From Octopus sinensis (Eukaryota), in NCBI RefSeq assembly GCF_006345805.1, contig NC_043004.1, positions 102,858,001 through 102,922,000 of the forward strand: 64,000 nt of DNA, given 5' to 3'. Shown here one piece after another: positions 50,286 to 63,923 of this stretch (positions are counted from its first letter, which is position 1; every line of letters starts with the position of its first letter). Under the pieces are notes generated by a model. It saw only the letters and a program-made list of their open reading frames with translations. It was not told where the DNA came from and made no database searches. The position numbers and the translations under genes were made by a program.

Positions 50286-50709
50286 ACTACGAGATCCTAC
50301 CACCGTATATAAGAGAGTTTAAAACACCTCACCACTTAGACTGTCCCCATATTTGGTGTTATAAACATACAATGAACGTCGTATGCCATTCGGGTTTAAA
50401 ATTACCTATAAGTTACAATAAAACACGAAAACTGTTTTGAAATGTATAGCAAGAAATTCTTGTGAAAGGTTTCATTGAAACATCTTTCATTACACATACT
50501 CTTTAATGATTTTAGAATTTCGTCTTCATTAAACAATAAATAGTTCATGCGTGTTTATCTTAGCGACGTCCATATTTTCTTTCTCAGAAAATAACAAGTC
50601 CAAATTACGAAAAAAAAAAAATCAATGTTTACTTATAATTTATAACTATGAGCTTTGAAGGGGGTGTTTATTTGGTCGCTTAACATGCAAGAAATAGCAA
50701 TCAAATTAT

Positions 50710-51493
50710 TCACAAAAAGGTGGCTGTGGATGACTAAAAGTGATTTAGAACTGGAAACAGAGACTCTAATCTGTGCTGCCCAAGAGCAAGCATTAAGAAC
50801 AAACTACATAAAATGCAGAATACACAACAAACTAGAAAGTGATAAGTGCAGAATCTGTGAACAAAATGGTGAAACCGTATGGCATATTGCTAGCCAATGT
50901 ACGCCACTAGCCCAGAAGGAATTTAAGAGACGCCACGGCAATATAGCAAGGCTTGTCCACTGGACACTTTGCAACAAGTATGGACTTAATAGAGCAAAAA
51001 ATTGGTACGACCACAAACCTGAAGGTATCATCGAAAATAATAATGCAAAGATCCTATGGGATTTTATGGTTCAGTGCGACCATAAGATAGAGAATAGGAA
51101 GCAAGGCATAGTCTTAATTGAGAAAGAAAACAAACTATGCTGGATCATAGATATAGCATGCCCAGCTGATAACAAGGTATGCGATAAGGAAGAAAGAAAA
51201 GTCGATAGATATGACAGGTTACCTTGGGAGGTTAAGCTGTTGTGGTCGATGAAAAAGGTGGTAGTAGTACCAAGAATTGTCGGAGTCCTGGGGACAGTGA
51301 GTAAAAATCTTGAGAAGTACATGGAACAAATAGGGGATGCAATAAGGGTGGAGCACTTTCAGAAAACAGCACTGCTTGGAACCGCTCGAATACTCCGGAA
51401 GGTGCTCGAAAAATAAGAGGTGTTACCTTAGTTCACTGGTAGTGAACAGCTGACACCGAAGTACATCTCCAGCGTTAGAAGCTGTGTAAAGGC

Positions 51494-51549
<56 letters not shown>
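50710..51549 (+). mobile_element. 5'-truncated R4/Dong-clade LINE: CCHC knuckle and restriction-like endonuclease, 3' UTR, (AAT)n tail
   Basis: AAQEQALRTN, CRIC..ETVWHIASQC, RH, ILWDF, IIDIACP..KVDRY, TALLGTARILRKVL*. The PD motif is degenerate (KQGIV). (AAT)n at 51494-51549. Confidence 0.9.
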
Positions 51550-51551
<2 letters not shown>

Positions 51552-51598
51552 TCGAAAAATACCTTAGGAATGAGAACCCAGGTTCGAAATTTCCCTAA

Positions 51599-51644
51599 GA
51601 CACCTGATGAAGGCTGGAGGGTTTATCAGCCGAAACGTTGTGTT
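51599..51644 (+). ncRNA. Minimal type I hammerhead ribozyme (Penelope-type)
   Basis: GACAC-CUGAUGA-A-GGCUG-loop-CAGCC-GAAAC-GUU-GUGUU: intact core, 5-bp stems I and II, ACGU palindrome in place of stem III. Confidence 0.7.
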
Positions 51645-51769
51645 AATAACAAACAAGGTGAGGACAAATATCCGTCAAATGTAAATAATGTTTATAATCA
51701 ACCTATTGTAAATACTGATTTCAAATTTTTGCACAAGTCCAGAAGTTTCGGAGGAGTAAATAAATTGAT

Positions 51770-52752
51770 TACATTTATACCAGAGTTCAACTGATACTTA
51801 TCTTATCGACCCCGAAAGGAGGGAAGGCAAAGTTCACCCTGGTGGCATTTGAACTCAGAGCATGAAGTTGAAAAAAAGAATGCCGGTAAGAATTTTTCCC
51901 AGTGCGGTAACAATTCTGTTAGCTTGCCGCCTTAACCAACCAATAAATATTGATTTCAAATTTTGGCACAAGGCCAGCTATTTCGGGGAAGCGGGTTAGT
52001 CGATTGCATCGGCCCCAGTACTCAACTGGTACTTATTTTGTCGACCCCGAAATAATGAACGATAAAGTCAACCTCGACGGAATTTGAACATAAAGACGGA
52101 CGAAATGTCGTGAAGCATTTTGCCTGGCGTGCTAACGATTCTGCCAACTCGCCGCCTTCCTACCGGTAGATATTATTTTCTTCCATAGGCACTAGGCCTG
52201 ACAATTTTGGGGGATAGGGGATAGTCGATGTAATCGACCCCAGTGCTCAAATGGTACATAATTTATCGACTCGTAAAGAACGTCAAGACAGACGAAATGC
52301 CGCTAAGCATTTTGACCGGCGCAGTAACGATTCATATTTCTTTATCACCCACAAGGGGCTAAACATAGAGGGGACAAACAAGGAGAGACAAAGGGATTAA
52401 GTCGATTACATCGACCCCAGTGTGTAACTGGTACTTAATTTATCGACCCCGAAAGGATGAAAAGCAAAGTCGACCTCGGCGGAATTTGAACTCAGAACGT
52501 AACGGCAGACGAAATACCCATTTCTTTATTAGCCACAAGGGGCTAAACATAGAAGGGACAAACAAAGACAGACAAAGGGATTAAGTCGATTACATCGGCC
52601 CCAGTGCATAACTGGTGCTTAATTTATCGACCCCGAAAGGATGAAAAGCAAAGTCGACCTCGGCGGAATTTGTACTCAGAACGTAACGGCAGACGAAATA
52701 CTGTTAAGTATTTCGCTCGGCGTGCTAACGCTTCTGCCAGCTCGCTGCCTTC
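51770..52752 (-). mobile_element. Cluster of about five tandem or nested family B SINEs
   Basis: Repeated atcgaccccgaaaggatgaaa..caaagtcgacctcggcggaatttgaactc blocks. Confidence 0.8.
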
Positions 52753-52971
52753 CTAACAATAAATATTATAATGAATAACCAATAAAGAAGTTTTTACGCG
52801 GTTGCTTGGCCTGGCAGAAATAACCGAATTTCCTTCAAGTTTCTCACACCACCGTCATGAAAGGGTTTCTGAACCATTTTTTTTCTACCTATGGATCCAT
52901 TTGATTTTTATTTTACTCGGATGGACAATCCTAGCCATTCAATGATTTAAAAAAATCATATTATATATTCT

Positions 52972-53169
52972 ACTCTTTTACTTGTTTCAGTCATTTGACT
53001 GTGGCCATGTTGGAGCACCGCCTTTAGTCGAGCAAATCGACTCCAGGACTTATTCCTTGTAAGCCTAGTACTTATTCTATCGGTCTCTTTTGCCGAACCG
53101 CTAAGTTACGCAGTGGGAATGGACCCGGGACCATGTGGTTGGAAAGCAAGCTATTTACCACACAGCCAC
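52972..53169 (-). mobile_element. Family A SINE with internal deletion (another diverged copy at 54941-55310)
   Basis: Tail joined directly to the head segment. Confidence 0.75.
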
Positions 53170-53643
53170 AGGGATTGTAGAAAAAATTGTATAATTGGGA
53201 ATTGTATAAAAAAAAATTAAATAACTTATTAGTTGCAGTTAACTTGTAGCAACAAAATCTTATATGAACCCTGGTTAAGAATCGCCATACTAAACAGACT
53301 TTGTCTTTGAAGAAAAGATGAAGATGAGATAGTGACAACTGAAACGCCTTTCATCATTGATAAATCTGCACGATAGAACTGAACGGACTACAGTGAGAAA
53401 CACCCCCCCTCAAAACAATCAAAAAAACACGTCAGCTAATGTCAAATATAGAGTATGACGAAATAGTAGAGACATACTAGAAAAAAATAAGTAAACGACA
53501 CTTTTATCAGTTTCTGTATGAAGAAATACTTCCTGTATAAATATGATATAATGTCGCGTGTTGTAGAAGCATGTGACATGATAGTGAAAAGAATTACTAG
53601 GTAACCTACAATAGAGCATATTATCAGTTGAATAAAGACTGTC

Positions 53644-54290
53644 CTCATGTTACAGAATTAAAGCGTTCCCGAAAATCTTAACGTAACGCGAAATTAATTT
53701 TCCTACTGGCTTTCAAGGTATAACTTAGGCATATTTAAATACAGGAACTCCCTCATGTTACAGAATCAAAGCGTTCCTGAAAATCTTTAACGTCGCGCGA
53801 AATTAATTTTCCTAGTGGCTTTTATGGTATAACTTAGAGCATATTTAAATACAGGAACTCCTTCATGTTACGGAATTAAAGCGTTCCTGAAAATCTTAAC
53901 GTAACGCGAAATTAATTTTCCTACTGGCTTTCAAGGTATAACTTAGAGCATATTTAAATACAGGAACTCCCTCATGTTACAGAATCAAAGCGTTCCTGAA
54001 AATCTTTAACGTAACGCGAAATTAATTTTCCTAGTGGCTTTTATGGTATAACTATAGATGATATTGTTTAAATACAGGAATTCCCTCTCATTACGGAATC
54101 AACGCGTTCCTGAATAATTTTGACGTAACGTGAAATTAATTTCATTGCTGGCTTTTAAGCTATAACTATAGAGCATATTATTGTTTAAATACAGGAACCC
54201 CCTTACGTTACGGGACAATGCGCTCCTAACAATCTTGACGTAATGCGAAATTAATTTTCTTATTGGCTTTCAACCTATAACTATAGAGCA
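53644..54290. repeat. Minisatellite, about six units of 108-116 bp
   Basis: Unit starts at 53644, 53752, 53862, 53971, ~54087 and ~54202. Confidence 0.9.
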
Positions 54291-54774
54291 TAAAATGAAT
54301 TATTAGTGACGGAAGCAGTATTAATATCAAAAATTAACCTTTATATTCAAATTAACATGGTTACCTGTGTGCTTTTACGCACAAAGCACCTATATGAGAG
54401 AGTTCCTCATGGCTAATAACGCAGTATTCGGTATACTTGCAAGACACCCATGTTAAGTTGTATATAGGGCATATTATTATTTAATATTATTTAAATACCG
54501 GAATCTCTTCACATTACGGAAACCACGCGTCCTAGAAAGATCTTGTCGTAACGGATTTTTTTTTTGTAAGTGAATGGACGGCAAAAACAACCGTAACAAT
54601 AAAAATAAAACAACCAACGCAACCACTTATTCTTCTGATTCTTTTCAGTGTTTCAACTTTAAAACTGCGGTCATACTGGGGCACCACTATTTTATACATG
54701 AAAATAATTTCTAAACATGCATAAAAAAAACATTTGGAGAGAAATACATTTATGTAGGTGGTGAAGGTCGATAG

Positions 54775-54780
54775 ACAGAC

Positions 54781-54817
<37 letters not shown>

Positions 54818-54856
54818 TTTAGATAGATGGACAGATAGATAGATAGATAGATGGAC

Positions 54857-54890
<34 letters not shown>
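54775..54890. repeat. (GATA)n microsatellite
   Basis: Direct reading. Confidence 0.95.
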
Positions 54891-56087
54891 TCATTGTGAC
54901 CCCCTCCCCCCAAAAATATATATATACAAGTTTTTTTTATCTTTTACTTGTTTCAGTCATTAGACTGCGGCAATGCTGGGGCACTGTTTTGAAGAAAATG
55001 TTAGTCCAGTTGAACCTGCTACTTATTCTATTGGTCTCTTTTACAGAAACGCTAAGTTACGGAGATGTAAACACACCATCACCGGTTATCAAGTGGTGTG
55101 AGAAGCAAACACAGACACAATGACACACACATAACACACACACACACGATTGATTTCTTTCAGTTTCCGTCTACCAAATCCAAATAATAAGGCTTTGGTC
55201 AGCCAGAGGCTATAGTAGAATAGAAGACAATTGACTCAGGTCTCACGCAGTGGGACTGAACCCAGAACCATGTGGTTGGGAAGCAAGCTTCTTACCACAC
55301 AGCCGCGCCTTCACGATGAAAAATTCCATCTCACACTCCGTTAGTCTTTATAGTGACGCACACACAAACAATTGCATGCATACTCAGTCCTTCCTTCCTT
55401 CCTTCTTTCATTCCTTCATTCACCACTACCCATCTCTCACACATACATATGTATCGTTAGCGTGATTATATATATTTCATAATTGTTAACTATATGCTTT
55501 GATCTTCGCTAAAACGCCGAAACGTGGCCACCTGGCTAAAAACGTTAAGTCGAGAATTGTGTACCCCAATGAGCTTGAGAGCTATGCCAGTAGAGCACCA
55601 GCTCCTGGTCCCATATTCGACAGGTCAAAGGATAGAAGCCAGATAAATGTGGACTACTTCTTCTCAGAGGTAAAAGTGAGTATGTGTAGGGCCAACATCC
55701 CTAAATAGAAAAAAACCCCGGCAAAGTTACCGAGGCAATGATGACAAATCAAAACCAACATGACCTGGGACAGGAAAACTTCTCGCAACGAAACATATGA
55801 CGCGGTGCAACAAAATCTGAGAGGAAGTCGTAAGGAGCCAGGGATCGAACTGGAAAGAAGCAGAAAAGTCAGTCCAAAGTCGAAAGCAGGGGAGAAAAGT
55901 CGTTGATGGCCGATGAATTGCAAGGAACGAGGGACTCAGGTAAGCAAGGAAGCAAGTATATAAATAAATGACATACAAATAAAGGAACCAAAAATTTTTT
56001 ATGAAAATAATAAAAGAGTACAATAGGAAAATTAGATTAGTTGTTGTAGTTGCACACATTGTCAAGAATTAATTAATTAAGATAATC

Positions 56088-56412
56088 TTTTCTACTCTCG
56101 GCACAAGGCCCGAAATTTTTGAGGAGGGGAGCCAGTCGATTAGATCGATCCCGAAAGGATGAAAGGAAAAGTTGACCTCGGCGGAATTTGAACTCAGAAT
56201 GTAACGGCAGACGAAATACCTATTTCTTTACTACCCACAAGGGGCTAAACACAGAGAGGACAAACAAGGACAGACACACGGTTTAAGTCGATTATATCGA
56301 CCCCAGTGCGTAACTGGTACTTATTTAATCGACCCCGAAAGGATGAAAGGCAAAGTCGACCTCAGCGGAATTTGAACTCAGAACGTAGCATCAGACAAAA
56401 TATCGCTAAGCA
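56088..56412 (-). mobile_element. Two nested family B SINEs
   Basis: Same blocks as 9267-9498. Confidence 0.8.
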
Positions 56413-58029
56413 TGAAAATAAAGGAACCAAAAATTTTAAAGGAAAAAAATAAAAAGAGTACAATAAGAAAATTAGATTAGTCGTAGTAGTCGCACACATT
56501 GTCAAGAATTAATTAATTAAGATAATCAGTAGCTGTCCGGTTGTGTTTTAATATAATGAATTAGAAATGAATTGAACTGAAAAAGAAGAGACTAGAAGAA
56601 GGCAAATTATGTTATGCATTATATAACCTGTCAATTGTATTTGGATGTTGAAAGGATTTAAAGAATCAATAGGGGTATCCAATCTCTTTGTCTTTGGATA
56701 AAGATGCTTCTTTTTCTCTTTCTTTGAGCTCTCATCACTTCAAATTTCTAAAATCTGTCCCTAATTTCTATGAGATACATATTTAATACTCTTGTAGTTA
56801 ATTCTAATTCTGGCTTTCAATTAGTGTTGCAATTTTCTGCCACAGAAAAGAAATAAGGGCAATTTTTTTTTTAAATCAGAGCAAATTATGAGAATATAAA
56901 AAGAAAAAGAAAAAGAAAGAAATGTTTTATTCAGAGATTTTTCGTTTACTTTCTGGGTCTGGAGGAAGGGGCAACGCTCACGGCCTTCGCTTCCCCCTCT
57001 TCCCACTTGACTGGTGGAATTGATGGGCTTTATTGTTTCTCTTGAACATCAACACCGGTAGGAAACATGAGCAGGAGGGAATTCCGGAGGGATGATAATC
57101 TGGGGGAAAAGGACTGGTTTGAGTGATTAGTGAGAGGCCGAATGTAGGGTAGGGTTGGTTGGACATAGCAAGAGTAATGAGAGGAAGAGAAACGAGCATG
57201 AAACATAAATGGAGATGGCTTGAGTCCAGTCTTGTTTGAGGAGTAAAGGCCCATTGTCGTCGCAATAGGAAAAGCAGAAAAAAACCCAGAGAGAAGCGAC
57301 AGCACGCCTGTAGGCCAGAGGTTAGAATAGTATCTGTAAGTGACTTTATAGCAATCAACCGGATGGCCTTTTACAATCTAGGATGTTTGTATGTGTAGCA
57401 GCAGCAGATAAGTAAAACATAGACATCAAAGAAACTGGGAATTTAGAATATAATTAAAACACACGAGATAAGAAAACGAAAATTACCATTTAAGATAACG
57501 ACAATGAAATATGTAATGACAAACATTTGCATGGCCTGAATTCAGCATAACTAGGACAAGGACTGAAATATGTGTATGGACACGGCCACGGCTGTTGTGT
57601 TCTATCTCACTGCAGGAAATATTGAATAAATCAGAGCCGGATAGAGGTCCTAAGCACTTTGGTGCATATAAATAATAATAGACCGTAAAACCGATTTTTA
57701 TTTGTTCAAAATGAAACAAAAATAAGAGTACGATAAGAGATAACGTTTATTTTTGTATACTTCTATTTCATTTATATTTGAAAAGTTTTCTACTTTTCTT
57801 TTGTTTTTTAATTGCAAAATCTTTTCTCAGATCCTCACTTTGACAAATGAACACTTCGAAATTATATTTCCCTTACGAATATTATTTTAGCAAGTTTAAA
57901 GTGATTTCTTTTGTGCCGTAAACCATTTACTAATTCTGTGGTACCTTTTCCCCTTAAACCTGGAACATAACTGAGAACCCATAGGGTGTCCGACTGGATA
58001 ATGTATCCATCCAAACTCACATTAATACA

Positions 58030-58838
58030 CACACGCACACACACACATACATACACCCCCACATACATACACACATACATACATACATACATACATACAT
58101 ACATGCATGCATGCATACATACATACATACATACATACATACATACATACATACATACATACATACATACAGATATCTCCCGCGTTACGACAACTTCAGA
58201 TGACAGTATCTCACGCTGGGGGCAGAATGGGGATATAGATCGCAGCTAGGTGATCCTAGGAGAGGGGAGAGGGGAGAGGTGAGCCAGAAGAAAGCGAGCA
58301 AGATACTCGGGTGTAATAGACACAATGCTAAGGGGCAGTGGCGTCACCATTATCATCAAGGACTGTGCTCTTTGCATTACGTTGTATTTCACCTTTGGAC
58401 TGCGGCGGACCCATGTGCACATGCGACAGTGAGACATGCGAGTAACACCTGAGCCGAAACCTGAATCGTGTAATTCCAAGTGGTTGCGTGGTAAGAGGTT
58501 GGCTTCCCAACCAAATGGTTCCGGGTTCAGTCCCGCTGCGTGGCACTTTGGGCAAGTGTCTTCTATAGCCACGAGCCGACCAAAGCCTTGTGAGTGGATT
58601 TCGTTGACCGAAACTGAAATGAGCCCGTCGTATGTATGTATGTATGTATGTATGTGTGTGTGTGTGTGTGTGTGTGTATGTATGCATGTATGGATGCATG
58701 TATGCATGCATGCATGTATGTATATATGTATGTATGTATGCATACATGCATGCATGTATGTATGTATGTATGTATGTATGTATGTATGTATGTATGTATG
58801 TATGTATGTATGTATGTATGTATGTATGTATGTATGTA
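58030..58838. repeat. (ACAT)n tract (58030-58170), family A SINE 5' half (58483-58630) and (TATG)n tract (58630-58838)
   Basis: Direct reading; accounts for the stack of low-complexity ORFs here. Confidence 0.9.
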
Positions 58839-59574
58839 TAAATCAAACTTCACCACCACGATGCATCAACACCAATATAACCACTGCCATTACCGACCCA
58901 TCAACTACTTAATGAGCAGAAGCTGCAATAGTATGATTAATATAAGGAATTTAATCTAGAATCAAGCTCAATCATTTGAGATAATGTGGTGCTTGTCATA
59001 CAATCAACATGAAAAATATGATGACTGCCAGCACAAGCAACGCCTCCGCCAGCACCATCACCACCGTCACCTGTACTAAAACCAATGCAACGAAAACCAC
59101 CGCCACTACCAGCCCAACTTTTGAATAACCAACTGGCAACAACAATAACAGTATCAGCAAAATAGCAATGTCTGTAGCTACGTATGTTGCATGTCAACAC
59201 AACGGTATGTGGGTGTGCGTATGCGTGAGTGTGTGTGTATGTGTGCATATGTGTGAGCGCATGCATGCGAATAGAGAGTGGAAATACAATGGATCTAGGT
59301 AGAGGAGCAAAGTGCGGAGTGTTTATGGAGCTCGTAACCCGTCAACTGTAATCATATAATGCTTCATCCCACTTCATTCTTTCCTTTTCTTATTTCCATT
59401 CATACATATATAGAAATGCAATAGATTTTTGGTCTCGCAAGACAGTTTTTGTTAGTGTTATATTTTTTTTATGACATATTTGTTGCGGCTACATGTTGAT
59501 GGAGGCTTTGCTAGATTTACCTACAATTCAAGATGTCTAGAAAGAAGCCATCAAGTGGAACTGAAGGTAGTAGT

Positions 59575-60330
59575 ATGAAAAAGAACCGTTGAAAGATTAC
59601 ATTGGATATTAAGTTGGATACCTTAAAAGAGCTTGATGCAGGAGAAAAATATCAGCCGCATTGCAAAACAAAATTAAGGTTTGCACCGTTGAGCAACAGA
59701 GAGAAAATTAGGTTACGTGTTTAAGAAGTTACTCCGTTAACAGTTCAAGAGTTGTTTTTTCATAGCTCTGGTTTGATGCTCGAAATGAGACGCCTCCAAG
59801 GCGTATGGATCGAGGATCTCATTCTATGCATCATACCGATAAGCATGATGGCAATTATAAAAAATGCTAAAAGTTTGCATAAAGATTTGCAGAACAAGAT
59901 TATGGAAACTACTAATAAAACCTTTTTGGTGCTAAGTAAAGGCTAGTTTTAAAAAGTTTAAGAAGCACTTGAATTAGTACAATATTAAAAAGTGACTGGT
60001 GAAACTCCCAGTGCCGATACAAAGGCTGCTACTAATTATTCTGAATAGCTGAAGAAAATGATTGCTGAAACGGGTTACACACCACAACAAGTATACAATG
60101 TCGGTGAAATTACACTTTCCGAGAACTTGCGAGAACTTTCATTTCTGAGAAGAAAAATCAACACATGGATATAAACTAGGAAATCATTTTACTCTTCGTG
60201 GAGGAGACGCTGCTGGTGATATGAAATTAAAGCCCCTACTTATATATATCACTCCGAAAATCCAAGGACTTTTCAGTGTTACGGAAAGTTTCATTTGCCT
60301 CTGATTTAGTGTTCAAATAACCCATAAATG
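59575..60330 (+). pseudogene. Tigger/pogo-family transposase relic
   Basis: Degenerate VWIED..IPIS, SKG(W)F, VTGETPSADTKAA, GYTPQQVYNV, GD(A)AGDMKLKPLLIY..ENPR segments with stops and frameshifts. Confidence 0.8.
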
Positions 60331-60664
60331 ACGAAGAACCTTTTCGAAGAGTAGTTTATAAAAGATTTTGTCAGACATAATATTGATTTCAAATGTCAAC
60401 ACAAGACCAGCAATGTTGGGGGTAGTGGGTAGGTCGATTACATCGATCCTAGTGCTCAACTGGTACTTATTTACTCGACCCCAAAAGGAGGAAAGGTAAA
60501 GTCGACCTCGGAGGAAATTGAACTTACAACGTAAAGGCGAACGAAATGTCGCTAAACATTTTGCCTGGCGTGCCAGCTCGCCGCCTTTTGTCAGGCAAAT
60601 ATTCTCAACTAAAGCTATCCAGTGAATTCGAATGAGCTTTCTGATAATGTGAGAATAGAATATA

Positions 60665-60901
60665 TCTATTTCTTTACTACCTACAATGGGCTAAACACAG
60701 AGGGGACAAACAAGGACAGACAAACGGATTAAGTCGATTACATCGACTCCAGTGCATAACTGGTATTTAATTTATCGACCCCCGAAAGGATGAAAGGCAA
60801 AGTCGACCTCGGCGGAATTTGAACTCAGAACGTAACGGCAAACGAAATACGGCTACGCATTTCGCCCGGCGTGCTAACGATTCTGCCAGCTCGCCGCCTT
60901 T
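60665..60901 (-). mobile_element. Family B SINE, full length (degenerate copy at ~60380-60590)
   Basis: Nearly identical to 9267-9498. Confidence 0.85.
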
Positions 60902-63147
60902 AATGTGAGTGTAGGATATATCACCAACAACACGACTTCGTTGCTGCAGGCATCGTTTCAAAGTGTGATAGTTAACTTAAGGCATCAGACGCGATACCAA
61001 TCGATATTTGTTCCAGCTTCGTGTTCTTTGCTAGTAAATATACTCTGTTGTCCGGACTAACACCACCATCTGGTCGTTGAACGGAGTACACTCTGTTGCA
61101 AGAATTAGAGCGAGATCTCGGATTTCAGAAGCTTTGGAAAAGATTTAAAAGGAGTATCATTGGCGCTTTCCTTTCCTTCTCTGGCAAGGTAAAAGAGCAA
61201 GAAAAAAATCAGATACTAAAAACTTGGGACATAATCAAACAAACAGTAGTAAATAAGGATGCCTTAATGTGATAGTTCTACCTACCAGAAAGAACAGCGA
61301 AATTGCCTTTGAATTACATTATACTGTTTAAAAAACTTGGTTACAACGTGTATTGTATAATATACCTTAAAGGATACATCGTATAATGCAATTCGAAATA
61401 CATTATGGATTGTTATAATTGAAGCACTGTTGGCCATAGGTGTACTCAATAATGGATGACTTGGCACTTAACAACAATGACCAAGCAAACTGATAAGAAA
61501 ATTATTAATTTTTGACATAGCCACAAAGCCAGAAATCGGAGGGGATAATTGTTAAATCGTCCCAGCATTTGAATACCACTTCACTTTATCAACCCCTGAC
61601 AGGGTGAGTGACAAAGCTAGCCGTTGACTTCAAGGAATGAGTAGAGATTTGAAATCAGAATTTAAAGTGTCAGATGAAATATTGCAATGCATTGTCCGTC
61701 TCTCTAACGATTCTGCTAAATCATCTAGACATCATCCTTAAGGATATGAGAAGGAATTATCATGTCTTTAGAAATGTTGCATCAAATTTTCTTAATCGGT
61801 ACTGCATGTCCGCAGTCAAATGACTGAAACAAGTTAGAGAATGAAAGAATAGTTCGGCAGCAGGTCAGACTATCGAAATACAAGGCACGACACATAATGT
61901 TAAAAGACACCGGATGTGGTTGATCAAATCAACACCAGTACTTTTTTTATTTGCTACTTTTTGCTGAACGCTGAAGTACGGAGAAGTAAGTAAACTAACA
62001 CTTATGTGTACTTTCTCTCTCTCTCCCTCTCACACTCTCCCTATCACACACACACACACACACACAACATACAACCTGTGAAGCTAACAACAACACTTCT
62101 CGCAGGTTGTTTGTAGACCTGCAAGAATTAGAAACTAAATCTCCGTGAAATCCCATCCTATCTTCTTTAAAAACGGATTGGATTATAAATGTAACCCTGA
62201 GTGTAATGTCTTAAGGAAAAAAAATACTGGGTATTCACGGCTGGATTGCTTTTGATCACAGACCTAGTCAATCCGGGCTGATCTTGGGTTAAAACGCAAG
62301 TATCGATTAGTTCATTGTAAAACGTGAACTCTGCGAAGGTGTGTAGCCTAGGGGCTAGGGTGTTCGGCTCATGATCACAAGATCGTGGGTTCAATTCCTA
62401 GACATTGCGTGTCCTTAATTAAGACTCTTCATATCACAACCTTTTACTCTACTCAGCTGTAATGTGTACCAGCTAGATGCTGGTGCATTCCCCTGTCTCC
62501 TTTCCCCTTTTTCTCTCTCTTTCTCTCTCTTCCCGACAGCTACATTCTGGATATTCCGCTGGATAAAGAGTGAGGAAGCCGAGAAGATGCCTATGTTTAC
62601 TGGTTACTGCATAGGCATCTGAAACAATTAGCGAAAGCATGGCACATGTCAAGCTACTACCTCTCCACATTGTGTGATCCCTGTTTCGTAAGAAGGACAT
62701 TTGGTTAGAATATCGCAAATCAAAAATCGAAAGATAGACTTTTTCAAGATGAGCCATCTGGCAGTGACACAACTAGAGTATGTATTTCCCAGTCGGCCCT
62801 TGTGTTCCCCCCACCCAATCTCACTCATATAATAGACCCCAAAAGTGGGGTATGAAGAATTAGTTACACCGTTGTGGGAATCGGCATAACTATTGGCTTA
62901 ATGGACCAGTTGACCTGAGTTCAGTAGCGAAGCTACAGTGTGTATCGCCCGGAGGCAGCCCTTGAGTTTTCCGCCCACGACTTCTGAAGATGTCGCCTCC
63001 ATAAAATGGTAGTCCGGGGCCGACCGCCCCTACTTTCGCTATTGCCATTCAGTTGGAGATGAAGGGGTAGATCATGATAGTTAGATGGTTTGAATAATAT
63101 CCGTAGTTTCAGTAAGCTTGGAAATCTAACAAGGATGTTTCTGGGAA

Positions 63148-63342
63148 TCCAGGTAAAAAAATGTCACAGGTAAAAGTCACGGAAAAAATCACGGAAAAAA
63201 AGTCACAAGAGTTTTGTTTGGGGGTGGTTGTCCGAGGGGGTTTTGTCCTAGGGAGTTCTGTCCTGGGGAGGTTTTGTCCAGATCCCATAAATTAATTGTG
63301 ACTTTTTTTCCTAGCCAAAAATTGTGACTTTATTACCGGTCA
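63148..63342. mobile_element. MITE-like DNA transposon remnant
   Basis: Left AAAAGTCAC(A/G) repeats mirrored by right TGTGACTTTT repeats, with internal GGGG-TTTTGTCC repeats. Confidence 0.45.
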
Positions 63343-63923
63343 CCGTTTCTGGCAGTACCCCATGGAAGAGGTACCTGAGAACTCTCTTTCTCTCCACACA
63401 TATGGTGGGTGGGTGGTGTTAGGTGGGGGAGACTGTACTCCACGAAACCCCTGTTCCCGAGCCTATGTGCCCCCACAACCTTCCAAGAAATAGTGGGCAG
63501 CGAAAATGGCTGAATGGATTATAGAAGGTACATGTCACCAGGTCGAACAAACTCTCTCACGAGTGACGGCTGGTTGAACAGTATTTTCAGTAAAACATAA
63601 CTTCTGAGAGTTAAGTCGAATGTTACGGAGTTTCAAACTCATCTCAAAATTACTTTCAAACTAACTTATCACTAATTTATATCTCTTATGATTCAGTTGG
63701 CAAACGGTCAGGTTGATGATGAGGAAGACGATGGTGATTATAATGATGATTACGAAGGGGTAGAGGTGATGACGGCGTGATTATGATGATACGATGTGAT
63801 AGTGATGAAGATAGTGAGGGCGACTGTGGCAGCAGTGATTCTATTTGACACGATCTTTATTGTAGGTGTTCTAGAGAATTAAAAAGGAGACCTAGAATGA
63901 CAAAGTCGTTCCTACAATAAACA

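Noticed and set aside
55500-55535. GCCGAAACGTGG looks like a hammerhead 3' half
   Set aside because: No CUGANGA core or stem II upstream.
58030-58838. (ACAT)n and (TATG)n tracts form a long inverted repeat
   Set aside because: A very common microsatellite, one tract being SINE-associated; outside the gene and expected by chance.
57862-59266. Stack of 100-170 aa ORFs (also 39384-40027 and 42357-42864)
   Set aside because: Translations of (ACAT)n, (TA)n and SINE sequence.
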